64,000 bases of DNA from an uncultured Acidobacteriota bacterium (GCA_963797625.1 CAWCQI010000027.1:192774-256773), one strand, 5' to 3'. Positions 1 through 10,167 are shown, counted from the stretch's first letter. The notes: generated by a model from the letters alone, not told the origin. Numbers and translations: made by a program.

Positions 1-48
1 GAGGAGCGTGCGCCGCGGCATCCGAGATGAATTATGATCTAAAACCTC

Positions 49-1416
49 ATGGCGCTTCCGCCCGTCTTCGCGGCCAGCGCGCTCTACGACAGCCTCCTGC
101 AGTCGGCGCTGCGGCAGTTCTTCGGGCGCGCCACGTTCGAGACCGAGCCGATCCCGTCGCTGTCGTCGGACGGGCGGCTGGCGATCGAGCCAACCAACGA
201 TCCGTCAGTGTTGTCGATCCGGTGGTTTGGTTCCCGCCATGTGCTGCACGTGCCGGCCCGCCGACCCTTCACGCCGCATGAAGTGCGGCTCGCGAAGGCG
301 ATCGGCAGCGTGCTGGCGTTGCGCTATCGCGCGATCTTCGACCCCAAGCAGATGCTCGAGCGCGGCGATCTCTTTCGCGGGGCGATCGAAGACCGCTACG
401 TCAGCGCGTTTCTGAACGCGCAGGAACAGCACGAGGCCGCGCATGCGCGCGCCGATCTCGTCGCCAACGCGCTCGAAATCCTCCGTGTGGCCGCGCTCTC
501 GAGCTACGAGAACAAGGCGATCTCGACCGGCGTGCTGCTCGTGGATCACGACGACGGCCGTCATTCCATGGGCGCGACGGCTCTCGCCGGACTGTCCTAC
601 AAGTATTCTCCGGCGTTGACCGGTATCAAGAGCTTCTACCGCCTCAGTGATGGTCTCGAGACGCTCTTCCTCGTCAATCGCGACGGCACGGTGCTCGACA
701 TCGTCGAGATCGCGCGGTATGTGTCCTCGGCGAGCCGCACTGGTCCGGTGATCCTCGACGTCGCGTGCCCGACCGCCTACCGCGCGCACGCGACCGCGAC
801 CGGCAGCAACCAGAGTATCTGCCTGGTGCTCAGCCCCTCGCACGAGATCAAGGTGTTTGCGCAAGGCGTTGAGGTCTTCAGCTTCCGGAACGCGCGCTGG
901 CACCTCCTCGACGTGCAGGCGAAATACGAGATGTGGGAACGCGCGATCGGGGACGCCGGGCTCGCCAGCCGCTTGTTTCAGACGGCGCTCGATTTGGCTG
1001 ACGCGCGACAGGGCGCGCTGTTCGTCGTCCTGCGCGATGCGGCGGCGTCCTTGCCGATGCTCGTGGCGCCTGGCGATCGCCTCGACGCGCCGCGCGGAAA
1101 GCCGGGCGACGCGCCCGACCGCGTCCAGCTGCTCCACATGCTGCGCGGCCGCAGCGCCGTGAATCTCGACCCCGCCGTGCTGGCTGGCCTTGCCAAGACT
1201 GACGGCGCGACGGTCATGGACGGCACGGGGCGGCTTCTCGCCGTCGGCGCGATTCTGATGCACTCCGAACCGGTCGAACCGCACTCGATGCTTGCCGTCG
1301 AAGGCGCCCGCACCACTGCCGCGATGGCAGCGGGTCGCTACGCCGCTGTCCTCAAGGTCAGCGAAGATGGTCTGATCACCTTCTACGATCGGCAGGAGAA
1401 GATCTGGGACATCTGA
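49..1416 (+). CDS. DisA_N / diadenylate-cyclase-like domain protein (divergent; RHR motif not conserved)
   Basis: 455-aa ORF with strong GC3 bias; overlapping antisense ORFs rejected. The C-terminal ~150 aa show the three DAC blocks by eye (ARQGALFVVL; TDGATVMDGTGRLLAVGAIL; EGARTTAAMAA..AVLKVSEDGLITFY), but the catalytic RHR reads RTT. Confidence 0.45.
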   Translation: MALPPVFAASALYDSLLQSALRQFFGRATFETEPIPSLSSDGRLAIEPTNDPSVLSIRWFGSRHVLHVPARRPFTPHEVRLAKAIGSVLALRYRAIFDPKQMLERGDLFRGAIEDRYVSAFLNAQEQHEAAHARADLVANALEILRVAALSSYENKAISTGVLLVDHDDGRHSMGATALAGLSYKYSPALTGIKSFYRLSDGLETLFLVNRDGTVLDIVEIARYVSSASRTGPVILDVACPTAYRAHATATGSNQSICLVLSPSHEIKVFAQGVEVFSFRNARWHLLDVQAKYEMWERAIGDAGLASRLFQTALDLADARQGALFVVLRDAAASLPMLVAPGDRLDAPRGKPGDAPDRVQLLHMLRGRSAVNLDPAVLAGLAKTDGATVMDGTGRLLAVGAILMHSEPVEPHSMLAVEGARTTAAMAAGRYAAVLKVSEDGLITFYDRQEKIWDI

Positions 1417-1421
1417 AGAAA

Positions 1422-1450
1422 TGCTGAATGCTGAGTGCTGAATGCTGAAT
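1422..1450 (+). repeat. four tandem TGCTGAR heptamers directly after the stop codon
   Basis: tgctgaa tgctgag tgctgaa tgctgaa begins 6 nt after TGA 1414-1416. The same string forms the left arm of the palindrome at 12261-12342. Confidence 0.85.
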
Positions 1451-1506
1451 TGGGAAGAGTGAAGTAAGATTCAGGCTCTTTCGACGAGCGGGGTGCTGCG
1501 AGCCTT

Positions 1507-2404
1507 ATGCGAGTCCTTCTGACGGGGGGCACGGGGTACATCGGATCGGCGGTTCTCGACGCGCTGGTTCGCGCCGGTCACCAGGTCGAGGCGCTCGTCC
1601 GCAATCGTGAAAAGGCGGCCGCGGTGCAGGCGCGCGGCGGCCATCCGGTGCTCGGCGACCTCTCGCGGCCCGAGACCTACGCGGGCGTGGCGGCGGCAGC
1701 CGATGGCGTGATTCACGCCGCGCTCGACGATGCGTCCCGCGGGCATGCGCTCGACGCCTTGGCGCTCGACACGCTGCTGTCGCCGTGCACGCGCCAAACG
1801 ATTCTTCATCTACACATCGGGCGTGTGGGTCCTTGGCCCGGCCCCGACGCCGGTGGACGAGACTGTTGCGGTCAATCCAGTCGAGCAGTCCGCCTGGCGC
1901 GTGCCGCATGAACAACGTGTGCTGGCCGCCGCGGGGCCGAACCTCCGCACTCTCGTCGTCCGCCCCGGCATCGTCTACGGCGGCTGCCGCGGGATTGTCG
2001 GCGATATGTTCAAGTCGGCCGCAAACGGCCTCGTCCGGGTGATTGGCACGGGCGAGAATCACTGGCCGCTCGTCTACGACCGGGATCTCGGTGAGTTGTA
2101 CGTGCTGCTGGCCACCAACCCGACCGCGTCGGGTGTTTTCCATGCCAACGACGAATGTGATGAGCGCGTCAACGACCTCGTCGCCGCGATTACCGGTCAC
2201 GTGTCGATTAGTCCGAGCATCCGCAAGGTCCCTCTGACGGAAGCCAGGAAGAAAATGGGTGTCTACGCGGACGCGCTGGCGCTCGATCAGATCGTGCGGT
2301 CCACTCGCGCGCGCGAGCTCGGCTGGGCGCCGTCGCTGCACGCCGTGTCAAGGAACGCCGCGCGTTTGTTCGAAGAGTGGCGGAACGGCCGCGAGGCGGC
2401 ATGA
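1507..2404 (+). CDS. NAD-dependent epimerase/dehydratase (extended SDR); +1 frameshift near 1785
   Basis: Rossmann N-terminus MRVLLTGGTGYIGSAV lies in frame 1. The conserved body (RFFIYTSGVWVLGP..VVRPGIVYG) continues in frame 2 (ORF 1730-2404). One extra base joins the two frames. Confidence 0.75.
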
Positions 2405-2410
2405 AACCGG

Positions 2411-2470
2411 CTCTCAGCTATGAGCTATCAGCTCTCAGTATTTCTGCTGACAGCTGACAGCGGACAGCTA
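2411..2470. repeat. imperfect hairpin built from 7-nt periodic units between convergent genes
   Basis: Left arm ctctcagctatgagctatcagctctcag, loop tatttc, right arm tgctgacagctgacagcggacagcta. About 6 of 7 positions pair per unit. Same AGCTNTC/GACAGCT unit family as 11024-11139. Confidence 0.7.
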
Positions 2471-3125
2471 CTTCATGCTCACTCCCGCGCTGAAGACCAT
2501 CATGCGTCTGCCACCGTACGCAGGTCGTCCAGGGGTGGCATCCTGCGCATTGATCTTGTAGAAGCGCAGGTCGAACGCAAAGGCGAGGTGCTCCTTCGCG
2601 AACCATCGCGCGCCGCCGCCATAGTTGATGGACCGCGTGCGCCCGTCCGAGTCTTCGACGGGCAATTCTTTCAGCTCGGTCGTGAATGCCGCCCACCCGA
2701 TGCCGCCGCTCAGGTAGCTCCACCCGTTTCGGCTGCCGAAGTTGAGCGAGATCTGCGGTGAGAGGACCGAAAACTCAGTTCTGACTGTCGGACCGCTGGC
2801 TGACGCCGTCCGTCTCCGGGTCGAGCGTCTTGCTGCCGCGGCTGAAGACCAGCCACTCTCCACCGATGCCAAGCGCCACCTTGCCCAGGCGCGCCGGATA
2901 GAAGTTGAGGCCCGCGGCCAATCCCAGGCCGCGGCTCGGCAGGTGCTCGGTTGTCACACCGAGCGCGGTGGCCGTCGCTGCATCATCCGGGAATCGCGGC
3001 AAGGCGATGCGCACATCGGCCGCAAACCTGCCGATGGGTTCTTTCTCGGGCTCTTGCGCGGCGGCTCGAGGGACGCCAAGCGCCATCGCCATCGCCACGA
3101 GAACTGCGGGACCCACACGATTCAT
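2468..3125 (-). CDS. small outer-membrane beta-barrel protein; +1 frameshift near 2780-2800
   Basis: Signal peptide MNRVGPAVLVAMAMALGVPRAAAQ (ORF 2775-3125) continues in ORF 2468-2872 (FSVLSPQISLNFGSRNGWSYLSGGIGWAAF..DLRFYKI..MMVFSAGVSMK). Alternating beta-strand pattern throughout. Confidence 0.55.
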
Positions 3126-3147
3126 TTGAAGTTGAACCTTTCCATCA

Positions 3148-4524
3148 TTACGACTGAGCCTGCATGTCGTCGACGATACGTCGGGCCAGCGTCAGCCCCT
3201 CGTCGAGCGTTTGCAGGCGCCCGTCCAGTTGCAGTTCGTACAAGCGTCGGAGGATTTCGCCCATTCGTGGTCCTGGTTCGACACCGAGATCGAGCAGATG
3301 GCGGCCGAGGACGATCGGCGCCGGGGGGCGATGTTCGACGCCGAGCGCGCGCGCCCGGTCGAGAAAGTGCTCGATCGCCGAGCAGTCGAACGCTCCCGTC
3401 CGTCCGCGGCAGTCCGACATGGCCACGCGCGCGAGCAGCTCGAGGTCCACTTTCTCCGCAAGGCGGCGGTAGGCACCGTCACCGACCGGGGTTGCCGACT
3501 TGGAGAATGCGTGCGGCTTCAGGTGGTGCGCGACAATCCCTTTGACCTGGCGAGCAACGTCGTAGCCGCCGATCGTCTGGACGTTCAGGCGGGCGAGGAA
3601 CGCGTCCGCCGGAGCCACTCCGGCCTGCTCGTGGTCCATCGACCGGATGCGGCCGTCGATGAAGGCCGTCGTGAGGGGCTTACCGAAATCGTGACACACG
3701 GCGCCAAGCATGACGGTCAACTGCTGCGGGCGATCGAGGTCGGCAATCCGGCGGCGGGCCTCGTCGATGACGAGCAGCGTGTGCACCCAGACGTCTCCCT
3801 CTGGATGCCACTCCGGTTCCTGTGGACAGTCGACGAGCGTCCTCAACTCTGGAAACAACCGATCGATCACGCCGAGCTCGAGCGCGAGCGCGAAACCGAT
3901 CGACGGCCGTTCGGCGAGGAGCAGCAGCTTCTCGACCTCGCCCCAGACGCGTTCGGCGGGAAGATCGTCCAGCGGAATGCGTTCACAGAGCGCCTTCGTG
4001 CCCGGATCCATCTCGAGCTCGAAACGCGCGGCAAACTGAATCCCGCGCAGCACGCGCAGGCTGTCGTCACCAAAGGTTCGCGCGTCGACGGCACGGAGCA
4101 CGCGGCGCTCGAGCAGGTCACGACGGCCATGATACGGATCGAGGTAGGTGTCCTCGAGTGGGTCCCATGCGATGGCATTGACGGTGAAGTCCCGCCGCCG
4201 CGCCGCTTCTTCCGGCGGCAGGTTCGGATCGCCCGTGACCTCGAACCCGCGGTGTCCGCGGCCGGTCTTCGATTCCCGGCGCGGCAGCGACACGTCGACG
4301 TCGAGCACCTTGTAGACGGTGAAGCTCTCGCCGACGGTATTGACGGGGCCGAGCGTTTCGAGCAGCGCCTTCAGCTGCGGCGCCGCCAGGCCGTAGACCT
4401 CGACGTCGACATCTTTGCCGGTTCGGCCGAGGAGCCGATCGCGCACCCAGCCACCGACCACCAGCGCGCGCCCGCCGTGCTGCCTCACGAGATCGGCGAT
4501 GGTCGTTGCCGCCTCGATGCTCAT
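3148..4524 (-). CDS. cca: CCA-adding tRNA nucleotidyltransferase / poly(A) polymerase family with HD domain
   Basis: GGWVRDRLLG..DVDVEV head motif, RRDFTVNA, HD motif VCHDFGKP. Start chosen at MSIEAATT (ATG 4524), which forms an ATGA overlap with the upstream SDR stop. Upstream part of the 513-aa ORF rejected. Confidence 0.75.
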   Translation of the reverse strand: MSIEAATTIADLVRQHGGRALVVGGWVRDRLLGRTGKDVDVEVYGLAAPQLKALLETLGPVNTVGESFTVYKVLDVDVSLPRRESKTGRGHRGFEVTGDPNLPPEEAARRRDFTVNAIAWDPLEDTYLDPYHGRRDLLERRVLRAVDARTFGDDSLRVLRGIQFAARFELEMDPGTKALCERIPLDDLPAERVWGEVEKLLLLAERPSIGFALALELGVIDRLFPELRTLVDCPQEPEWHPEGDVWVHTLLVIDEARRRIADLDRPQQLTVMLGAVCHDFGKPLTTAFIDGRIRSMDHEQAGVAPADAFLARLNVQTIGGYDVARQVKGIVAHHLKPHAFSKSATPVGDGAYRRLAEKVDLELLARVAMSDCRGRTGAFDCSAIEHFLDRARALGVEHRPPAPIVLGRHLLDLGVEPGPRMGEILRRLYELQLDGRLQTLDEGLTLARRIVDDMQAQS

Positions 4525-5352
4525 CGCGCGCGCGATCGCGAAGGATCCGGTGCGGCGGGCTCGACAACGCGACGCCGGCCGTACTTCCGCACCAGCCGAT
4601 CGGTAAATGCCGGCGCGAGCGAATTCAGGATCGCGAGCCCTCGCGACAGGCGATGCGGATACACCTCTGCCGCCGGCCGCCGGATGCATTGCACGATCGC
4701 GCGGGCGACGTCCTCGACCGGCTGCTTGGGTCCAAGCCCAGACACCTGGTGGCCAAAGTCCCGCTCCATCGCTTCCCGGAATTCGGTCGTCGTCGACACT
4801 GGAAAGACCGCGCTGACGTGAATGTCAGTACCGGAGAATTCTGACCGCAGCGACTCCGCGAAGACCGCCTGCGCGGCCTTCGTCGCGCTGTAGCCGCTCA
4901 TCAACGGGATGCCGCGCTTGCCGACGATCGACGAGACAAAAATCAGGTGGCCGTGCCCTTGCCGGCGGAAGACCGGCAGCGCGGCGCGCGTGCCGTAGAA
5001 CGTTCCCATGAAATTGACGTCCATCATCCGTTCCATCACGCCGCTGTCCATCTCGTCGACGCTGCCGTAGTAGCCGAAGCCGGCGTTGCAGACCATGATG
5101 TCCAGCCGGCCGAACGCCTCCTGAGCGCGCGTGACCAGTCGCACGACATCTGCTTCCTTCGTCACGTCCATGATCACCGACTCGGCGCGGCCCCCGCCAG
5201 CACGGATCCGCTGCACGGCGAGCTCGAGCCGATCGCCTCGCCGCGCGCCGAGCACGACTGACACGCCTTCGTGCGCGAGATGTTCGGCGACAGCGAGCCC
5301 GATCCCTGAGAGACGCTCCGGTGATCGCCGCGACCGTTCCGTTCAAGTCCAT
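4521..5352 (-). CDS. short-chain dehydrogenase/reductase; +1 frameshift at ~5310
   Basis: MDLNGTVAAITGAS (ORF 4825-5352) joins GIGLAVAEHLAHEGVSVVLGA (ORF 4521-5264). Deleting one base restores the classic TGASSGIG. NAG and YSATK catalytic motifs present. Confidence 0.8.
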
Positions 5353-5470
5353 CGCGGCATGATACTGTAGCCGTCGATCCGTCTCGCGCGCACGATCCGT
5401 GCCGTTTTAACGGCGGGGACACTCAACCTTGACTGTCCCCGGCCAGCCCGCGAGCCGGGCGCTTCGGTAG

Positions 5471-6616
5471 TTGCGGCCAATGTCCCACGACCCTGCCATC
5501 GATCTTCTCCGCGACCTCGTGGCGATCGATTCGGTGAACCCGTCACTGGTTCCCGGCGCTGCCGGAGAAGCGCAGATCGCTTCGGCGATCGCGGCGCACC
5601 TGCGACAGATCGGACTCGATGTGCACGTCCAGGAGGTCGCGCCCGGCCGACCGAACGTGATCGGCGTGCTCGAAGGCCAGGCCCCCGGACGATCGCTGAT
5701 GTTCTGCGGACACATGGACACGGTCGGCGTCGAGGGGATGGAAGCGCCGTTTGCGCCAGCCGTTCGTTCCGGGCGCCTGTATGGCCGTGGATCCCAGGAC
5801 ATGAAGGGAGGCGTGGCCGCGATGATCGATGCGGCGCGCCTGACGGCGGAACGCGGCCTCAGTCGCGGGCGGCTGATCGTGGCGGCGGTCGTCGACGAGG
5901 AGTTTGCGAGCATCGGCGCCGACGCGCTCGTCAAAGAATGGTCGGCCGACGGCGCGGTGGTCACCGAACCCACCGACCTGCAGGTCGGCGTCGGCCACAA
6001 AGGCTTCGCCTGGATCGATATCGAAACACACGGCCGAGCGGCGCATGGCAGCCGTCCGCGCGACGGGCGAGACGCCATCATGCGCATGGGCCGAGTCCTT
6101 CGCCAGCTCGAGACGCTCGACCGCGAGCTCCAGGCCCGAGCACCTCACCCGTTGATGGGCTCCGGTTCGCTGCACGCGTCGATTGTCAGTGGAGGGCGCG
6201 AGCTGAGCTCGTATCCGGATCGGTGCCGGCTGCAGATCGAGCGACGCACGATCGGAGCCGAAAGCGGTGAGGCTGCGCTTCAGGAAGTACTCGGCATCCT
6301 CGATGGGCTCTCACGCGAGGATGCGGAGTTCGAAGCGTCGGCGGTCCTCGCGTTTTCGCGGCCGCCCTACGAGCTATCGTCCGATCATGAGCTGCCGCGG
6401 CAACTGGTCGAAGCGATGCAGTCGCTCGGGAGAGGCCCCGCTGCTGTAGGTATGAGCTTCTGGACCGACGCCGCGGTGCTTGGCGCGGCGGGCATCCCGA
6501 CGGTCCTCTTCGGGCCCGGCGGCGCGGGCCTTCACAGTCGCGAGGAATACGTCACAACCGACGATGTCGTGACGTGCCGCGACGCCCTCAGCCGCCTGGC
6601 GCTCAGCTGGTGCTGA
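5471..6616 (+). CDS. M20 family metallopeptidase (ArgE/DapE-like deacylase)
   Basis: FCGHMDTV, GRGSQDMKGG, VVDEE and HGRAAHGS motifs; intact 381-aa ORF. Confidence 0.7.
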   Translation: MRPMSHDPAIDLLRDLVAIDSVNPSLVPGAAGEAQIASAIAAHLRQIGLDVHVQEVAPGRPNVIGVLEGQAPGRSLMFCGHMDTVGVEGMEAPFAPAVRSGRLYGRGSQDMKGGVAAMIDAARLTAERGLSRGRLIVAAVVDEEFASIGADALVKEWSADGAVVTEPTDLQVGVGHKGFAWIDIETHGRAAHGSRPRDGRDAIMRMGRVLRQLETLDRELQARAPHPLMGSGSLHASIVSGGRELSSYPDRCRLQIERRTIGAESGEAALQEVLGILDGLSREDAEFEASAVLAFSRPPYELSSDHELPRQLVEAMQSLGRGPAAVGMSFWTDAAVLGAAGIPTVLFGPGGAGLHSREEYVTTDDVVTCRDALSRLALSWC

Positions 6617-6625
6617 TCCAGACGC

Positions 6626-6940
6626 CTAGGCGGCGTCGTGCGTGCGTCGACCTTTCGCGAGCGCGATGTGCGGCTTGAGCGCATGCCGACGGGCATCGCC
6701 CTCGTAACGCATCCGGGGACCCTGACCGGAAATCTCCCAACCGGGTGTATCGTGCCCGCACGAGGTGCACCGCATCATCACGCGGTTGCCCTCGAAATGT
6801 AGCACCGCGTCGTGGCCGTGAAGTCCGCAAACCATCTGGCCGAGTCGGCTGGCCATCCGCGCCATCAGTCCGGCCTCTGGAGTTGACTTGCTCGTAACTT
6901 CCGCCGCCGCCGTGAGTTGCTGGGGATAGTTGGTAACCAT
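6626..6940 (-). CDS. small hypothetical protein with Cys/His pairs (possible zinc ribbon)
   Basis: 104-aa ORF with RBS GGGAGA 6 nt upstream of the ATG. Contains CGLHGH..CTSCGH. No family recognised. Confidence 0.45.
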   Translation of the reverse strand: MVTNYPQQLTAAAEVTSKSTPEAGLMARMASRLGQMVCGLHGHDAVLHFEGNRVMMRCTSCGHDTPGWEISGQGPRMRYEGDARRHALKPHIALAKGRRTHDAA

Positions 6941-7274
6941 GGGCGTCTCCCTGTAGCCTCCCGTTTGCCCTCTATCTAAGACTCCGGCCCGTTCCGAGCC
7001 GATTCAACGTCCTCGGGCAATCAGGGGAGTTCAATAGGTGTGCCACGGTCGGGCTATCCGACCTATCAATAGTCTTATCAGTGTTTTAGAGACAAAGATT
7101 GGCCCTGCATACGCTTCTGTCATTGGCAAATTCTCCGACCGGCCGGAGAACTTGCAAACCCTGAAGCTGACGGGAAATACACACCCTTCACAGCAAGACT
7201 ATGGGCGTCCCGAGCGCAGATATATGTCTGCGTTTCGGATGACTTTTAAGCTCTACTGTTGGGATCTGATCAGT

Positions 7275-8408
7275 TTAGTGAGTCCGGGACGTACGCCGCG
7301 GACCGTGAAGCAAGTGCTGAAGCGTGCGCGCGTAGTATCGGAGCACCGTGCGCTCGCGGACCCGAACCCGACCGCCACGCTCCACGAAGATGATGTTGCG
7401 CGCGGCGAGCGGCTCAATCCCTTCCTCGACGGCCTGGCGGCCGTCGTCGACACCGAGGTTGGCGCCGGCGGCCTGAAGCGTCTCAATCAATTCGTCAGCC
7501 CGCGATTCGAGCTCCCGCCGCGTAATCGACGGGCGCATCGCCGCGGCCACGACAGCGGTGGGCAGGACTTTGTAGAGGCGGCCAATCGAGTCTCGAATCT
7601 GGTGCGCGAGCGTCATGACGTCGCGTCGGGACTCGGGATCGTAGCCATCGAGTGAAATCGGCGCGCCGAAGGTCACAAACGCGCGCGACTGATATCCGAC
7701 AGCGAAGCGGACCATTTCGGCGACTTCGCGCGCGAACGGCCGCTGGCGCCGCTTCGATCCCTGGTGCGCGAGGATATGGTCCTCGAGCACGAGATCGTAC
7801 GAGACGGCAAGCGGAACGATCGACGAATCAGCGCGCTCGGCCTGAACCGCGGCATGGAGCAGGCCCGTCTTCGGTGATTTGAGCTCGCCCGTGTAGCTCC
7901 GGCCTCCCTCGATATAGAACAGCAAATCGTGACGCTGCAGCAGCTCCGCGACGTACGCCTTCAGCGTCACCAGATACGCCGGATCCTTGGCGTTGCGGCG
8001 AATTGGAATGGCCCCGGTGACGTGCCGGTGAATGAGCCCGAGCGGGCCGCCGAACAGGTTGATCCCCGCTGCAATTACCGGCGGCCGGATGCCGTTGTCG
8101 TCGATGACCAGGGGCTCGACGAGATAGTCGAGGTGGCTCTTGTGATTCGAGATGTAGATCGTGCGGCCCCTGCGGGTGGCGTCCTGTGCGATTCGGACAT
8201 GCTCTTCGATCCGGTCGATCTTCCGCAGGATCGGATAGAGCGGATGCTTCAGGGCCCGGTAGATGGGGTAGCGCTGCGTCGTTCGCAGCTCATCAAGGTA
8301 GGCGTGGATCCGCTCGCGAGCTTCCAGCTCCGACTGCCCGTGCCCTCCCCGCAAGTAGCGCCCGACGTCTTCCCGCGCCAGCACCGCCTGGGTGATCTCA
8401 TCGAGCAT
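7275..8408 (-). CDS. glycerol-3-phosphate / lysophospholipid acyltransferase family protein
   Basis: Acyltransferase motifs I-IV present: SNHKSHLDYLV (H-x4-D), GINLFGG, IEGGRSYTG, IVPLAVSYD. Confidence 0.7.
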   Translation of the reverse strand: MLDEITQAVLAREDVGRYLRGGHGQSELEARERIHAYLDELRTTQRYPIYRALKHPLYPILRKIDRIEEHVRIAQDATRRGRTIYISNHKSHLDYLVEPLVIDDNGIRPPVIAAGINLFGGPLGLIHRHVTGAIPIRRNAKDPAYLVTLKAYVAELLQRHDLLFYIEGGRSYTGELKSPKTGLLHAAVQAERADSSIVPLAVSYDLVLEDHILAHQGSKRRQRPFAREVAEMVRFAVGYQSRAFVTFGAPISLDGYDPESRRDVMTLAHQIRDSIGRLYKVLPTAVVAAAMRPSITRRELESRADELIETLQAAGANLGVDDGRQAVEEGIEPLAARNIIFVERGGRVRVRERTVLRYYARTLQHLLHGPRRTSRTH

Positions 8409-8541
8409 GCCGGAGGGACTATATCAAAGAAGTCGGCCTGTATACTGACATCCTTGACCGGGCCGGCTCACAGGACCTCCGCCTCGGCTCCACAGGCCAT
8501 GCCTCCGGAGGCGCGCGCCATGGCTCGTCGCGGCCGCGGTC

Positions 8542-9210
8542 GTGACCCTGCTCCAGATTCCGGTGGCCGGAGTTCGATCCCAAAAGGTCACCTTCAGGAC
8601 CGACGATGGCCTGACGCTCGCCGCAACGTGGTTCGAGCCATCCACCCGGCCGGCCCCGGCAGTCATTTTCGTGCACATGCTGCAGAAATCCCGCCGCGAC
8701 TGGGAAGGCCTTGCCGCACAGTTCGCGGCCGAGGGCATTGGCGGACTGGCCATCGATCTCCGTGGTCATGGCGAGTCGGCCGGCAGCCCGCAGGACTATA
8801 CGGGCATGGTCCAGGACGTGCGAGCCGCTCGGCGCTTTCTCTCGGCGCGCGCCGAGGTGACGCCCTCGCGCATCGGGATCGCCGGCGCATCGATTGGCGC
8901 GTCACTCGCGGTGCTTGCGGCGGTTGACGATCCGTCGGTCGCCAGCCTCGCGCTTCTCTCACCGTCGCTCGACTATCGCGGCCTCCGCCTGGAGAGCGCG
9001 ATCAAGAAGTACGGCGCGCGCCCGGCGCTCCTCGTGGCGAGCGACGACGATGGATATGCCGCGCGGTCCGTGCGTGAGCTGCAAAAGGCGGGTGGCGGCA
9101 GTCGCGAGGTCGTCGTGCTCAGCCGTGCCGGCCATGGTACCGCAATGTTGACGGGCGATTCGGCTCTCGGCCAGCGCCTCCTGGAGTGGTTCCGACGAAC
9201 GCTGCTATGA
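8542..9210 (+). CDS. alpha/beta hydrolase; 5' end uncertain
   Basis: IDLRGHGES and nucleophile elbow GASIG. In-frame upstream codons read WLVAAAVVTLL (signal-like) but have no start codon. ATG 8499 lies one frame back, so a further +1 indel near 8515 is possible. Confidence 0.6.
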   Translation: MTLLQIPVAGVRSQKVTFRTDDGLTLAATWFEPSTRPAPAVIFVHMLQKSRRDWEGLAAQFAAEGIGGLAIDLRGHGESAGSPQDYTGMVQDVRAARRFLSARAEVTPSRIGIAGASIGASLAVLAAVDDPSVASLALLSPSLDYRGLRLESAIKKYGARPALLVASDDDGYAARSVRELQKAGGGSREVVVLSRAGHGTAMLTGDSALGQRLLEWFRRTLL

Positions 9211-9245
9211 TCGAACCGCGGTCATCCCAGGGCATCCTCTAGAGC

Positions 9246-9272
9246 CACGGATCACACGGACAACACGGATCG
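9246..9272 (+). repeat. three tandem CACGGAYMA 9-mers downstream of the hydrolase gene
   Basis: cacggatca cacggacaa cacggatcg. Same unit as at 16846-16925, 20424-20458 (minus) and 60058-60081 (minus). Confidence 0.8.
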
Positions 9273-9290
9273 GGTTGTGAGATAGCTTTC

Positions 9291-9909
9291 GTGTCACGAG
9301 ACTCAGTCATCTTCGGCCTCGCCGGCGTGTTCTTCGGCATTCTCGTCGGCTGGATCATCGGCAGCCAGCAGAACGCCGCGCCGCGCGTCGCCACTCCGGC
9401 GGCAGAACGGCGCGGCCAAGTCAGGGCAGTCGACGGCGGCGCCGCTCGACGAGTCGCGCGCGGCCGCGCTGGCCCAGACGGCAAAAGGCAACCCGCAGGA
9501 TGCCGCGGTGCGACTCGAGCTCGGCAACCTCTATTTCGACTCGGAGCGCTTCGCAGATGCCGCGCGCTGGTACGAGCAGGCGATCGCCATCGAGCCGCGC
9601 AACGTCAGCGCCAGCACGGATCTCGGCATCAGCTACTACTACATGAACCAGCCCGATCGCGCGCTCCAGCAGTTCGACCGCTCGCTGGCGATTGACCCGC
9701 GTCACTCCAAGACGTTGCTGAACGTCGGCATCGTGCGCGCGTTCGGGAAAGACGATCTGGAGGGGGCCGCCGAGGCGTGGCAGCGGGTCGTGGAGTATGC
9801 GCCGGACTCGGCCGAAGGGAAGCGCGCGAAACAAGCCCTCGACAGCCTTCGCAGCGCGCATCCCAACCTGCCGGGAGGCGGTGGCGGGAGCGGCAAACCT
9901 CCAGGATAG
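9291..9909 (+). CDS. membrane-anchored TPR-repeat protein; +1 frameshift ~9400
   Basis: TM helix VIFGLAGVFFGILVGWIIG (frame of 9291) joins ..QNGAAKSGQSTAAPLDESRAAALAQTAKGNPQDAAVRLELGNLYFDSERFADAARWYEQAI (frame of 9508). TPR-like repeats follow. Confidence 0.65.
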
Positions 9910-9911
9910 CC

Positions 9912-10164
9912 ATGGTGCTCCGCCTCCTTCAGCTCCTCTTGCTCCTGGCTGTCGCACGAGCGGTCTGGCGACTCGCCAAGGGTGTCCTCGAAGGCGCGGG
10001 CTACCGACGCGTCGATGGTCCCGTGCAAAGTCGGCGTGAAGCTCGAGCGCGATCCCGTCTGCGGCACTTTCGTCTCGCCGGCCAAGGCGCCAGTACTCCG
10101 GATCGGTGGAGAGACGCTGTACTTCTGTTCGGACCGGTGCCGCCGCGAATGGGAACGCCGGTGA
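9912..10164 (+). CDS. membrane-anchored YHS/TRASH-type Cys-rich metal-binding domain protein; +1 frameshift ~10000-10025
   Basis: ATG 9912 sits 2 nt after the TPR stop. MVLRLLQLLLLLAVARAVWRL (TM helix) lies in frame 0. DPVCGTFV..YFCSDRCRREW lies in frame 1 (ORF 9982-10164). Confidence 0.55.
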
Positions 10165-10167
10165 TGC

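Noticed and set aside
3211-4821. Long antisense or overlapping ORFs (this one, plus 205-1284, 21848-23224, 43734-45074, 48049-49665, 52812-54236, 60050-61369, 62269-63444 and others)
   Set aside because: These are typical high-GC shadow ORFs: Arg/Ala/Pro-rich, no recognisable motifs, and each lies opposite a gene with strong family signatures and correct GC3 phasing.
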